IMG/VR virus record: IMGVR_UViG_3300036797_000054
Span: 58,745-122,744 of that record
DNA: 64,000 nucleotides
Reading direction: 5' to 3' (one strand)
Source of the DNA: a virus
Taxonomy: Duplodnaviria > Caudoviricetes
This document shows, one piece after another, positions 63,177-64,000 of the stretch. A program made the position numbers and the translations under genes. Position 1 is the stretch's first letter; each line of letters begins with the position of its first letter. The notes under the pieces were generated by a model. That model was given only the letters and a program-made list of their open reading frames with translations, was not told where the DNA came from and did not search any database.

Positions 63177-64000
63177 ACGTCCTGCGCACGCTCGCGCCGG
63201 GCGACGCCGACCTGCTCCTGGAGCGGTTGACGCGTCCGGCGCAGCCGGGCAAGCTGAAGCCGATCCCGTTCCCCGAGGGGACGCGACCGACGAAGCCCAA
63301 GCACAGCCCGAGCGAACTGGGCGACGCCGATGTGCTGGTCGTCACCTGGACGGCGGCTGAGGCCCAGGCGCTGGCCGACGTGCTCTCGCCTGGCTTTCCG
63401 TCGCACGAGTGGCACAAGTACACGCGCAACTGGGTGGAGTTCGAGAAGGAACTGACCGGCCGATCGCCCGCGCGCGAGGAGAAATCGCTCGCGCTGTGGA
63501 CGATGACGGAGATCGCGGGCAAGCAGGTCGCGCTCGTGAAATCCAACCTGCACCTGTCCACCGACGCGCAGTCGCTGCCCGTACGCAAGCTGTGGACGCA
63601 GCTCGTCGGGCAGACGCGCCCGAAGCTGATCATCACGACCGGCACAGCGGGCGGTATCGGGGACATGGTGCTCGGCGATGTGGCGATCGCCGCGGCGGCC
63701 AAGTTCAACTGCCAGCGGGTGTTCAAGGACGAAGCGTGGGCGCAGGCGCACTACGCCAACCAGCTCGCGCCCGCGGGTAAATATGAGCAGGCGGTAGCGG
63801 AGCTGATGGCCGTGAACGCCGACACGCTGAAGCCCATCGCCACTCGACCGCCGGTGCTTGCCTACGGTGATGTCGAGACGGTGGACTACTTCGGGTTCGA
63901 TGACGTGAAGGACAGCTACGGCATCGCGGCCAACGACCCGAACGCACGCACCGAGGAGATGGACGACGCCACGTTGCCGCTCGCGCTCGAAGGCATGGAG
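63173..64000 (+). CDS. PNP/MTA-SAH nucleosidase-fold protein (runs off the window end)
   Basis: DVLVVTWT.AE..AL, P.LIITTGTAGG...LGDV.I, EEMDD. Confidence 0.65.
   Translation, partial: MNVLRTLAPGDADLLLERLTRPAQPGKLKPIPFPEGTRPTKPKHSPSELGDADVLVVTWTAAEAQALADVLSPGFPSHEWHKYTRNWVEFEKELTGRSPAREEKSLALWTMTEIAGKQVALVKSNLHLSTDAQSLPVRKLWTQLVGQTRPKLIITTGTAGGIGDMVLGDVAIAAAAKFNCQRVFKDEAWAQAHYANQLAPAGKYEQAVAELMAVNADTLKPIATRPPVLAYGDVETVDYFGFDDVKDSYGIAANDPNARTEEMDDATLPLALEGME

Noticed and set aside
950-63751. Many long minus-strand ORFs (e.g. 3049-4665, 51240-52667, 58012-59592)
   Set aside because: Shadow ORFs of high-GC plus-strand genes: no motifs or RBS, and fully overlapping well-supported CDSs.

Overview
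A high-GC, gene-dense segment coded essentially entirely on the + strand. Many genes are translationally coupled (ATGA/GTGA overlaps), which fits the non-structural arm of a large actinobacterial-type phage or prophage. I see no integrase, large terminase, portal, capsid, rRNA or CRISPR array. Left end: RecT/Bet plus PD-(D/E)XK recombination pair, HerA-like ATPase, HTH replication initiator with internal iterons, DnaC-like loader and RuvC-like resolvase. Next come cell-wall enzymes (NlpC/P60, Rpf-like), a collagen/beta-helix protein, three DNA methyltransferases, HNH proteins and roughly 100 small hypothetical ORFs. A translation/RNA-repair set is dispersed through the window: Pth2, RtcB, an ASCH protein and tRNA-Lys(UUU). 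The most unusual feature is at 29.1-30.0 kb, where three adjacent tRNA-derived genes with a shared scaffold are each remodelled at a different arm. (A) is circularly permuted, has a closed acceptor stem and no anticodon, and is fused to a leaderless Trp-rich mini-ORF. (B) has a 24-nt anticodon-loop region. (C) is a tRNA(UUC) with a hairpin inserted in the D-loop. They are followed directly by a peptidyl-tRNA hydrolase gene. Further non-coding signals are a D-armless tRNA-like element, a promoter- and terminator-bounded structured RNA, a repeated asymmetric operator and a start-associated leader motif. All protein calls are by-eye motif recognition and all RNA folds are manual base-pairing; no searches were run.
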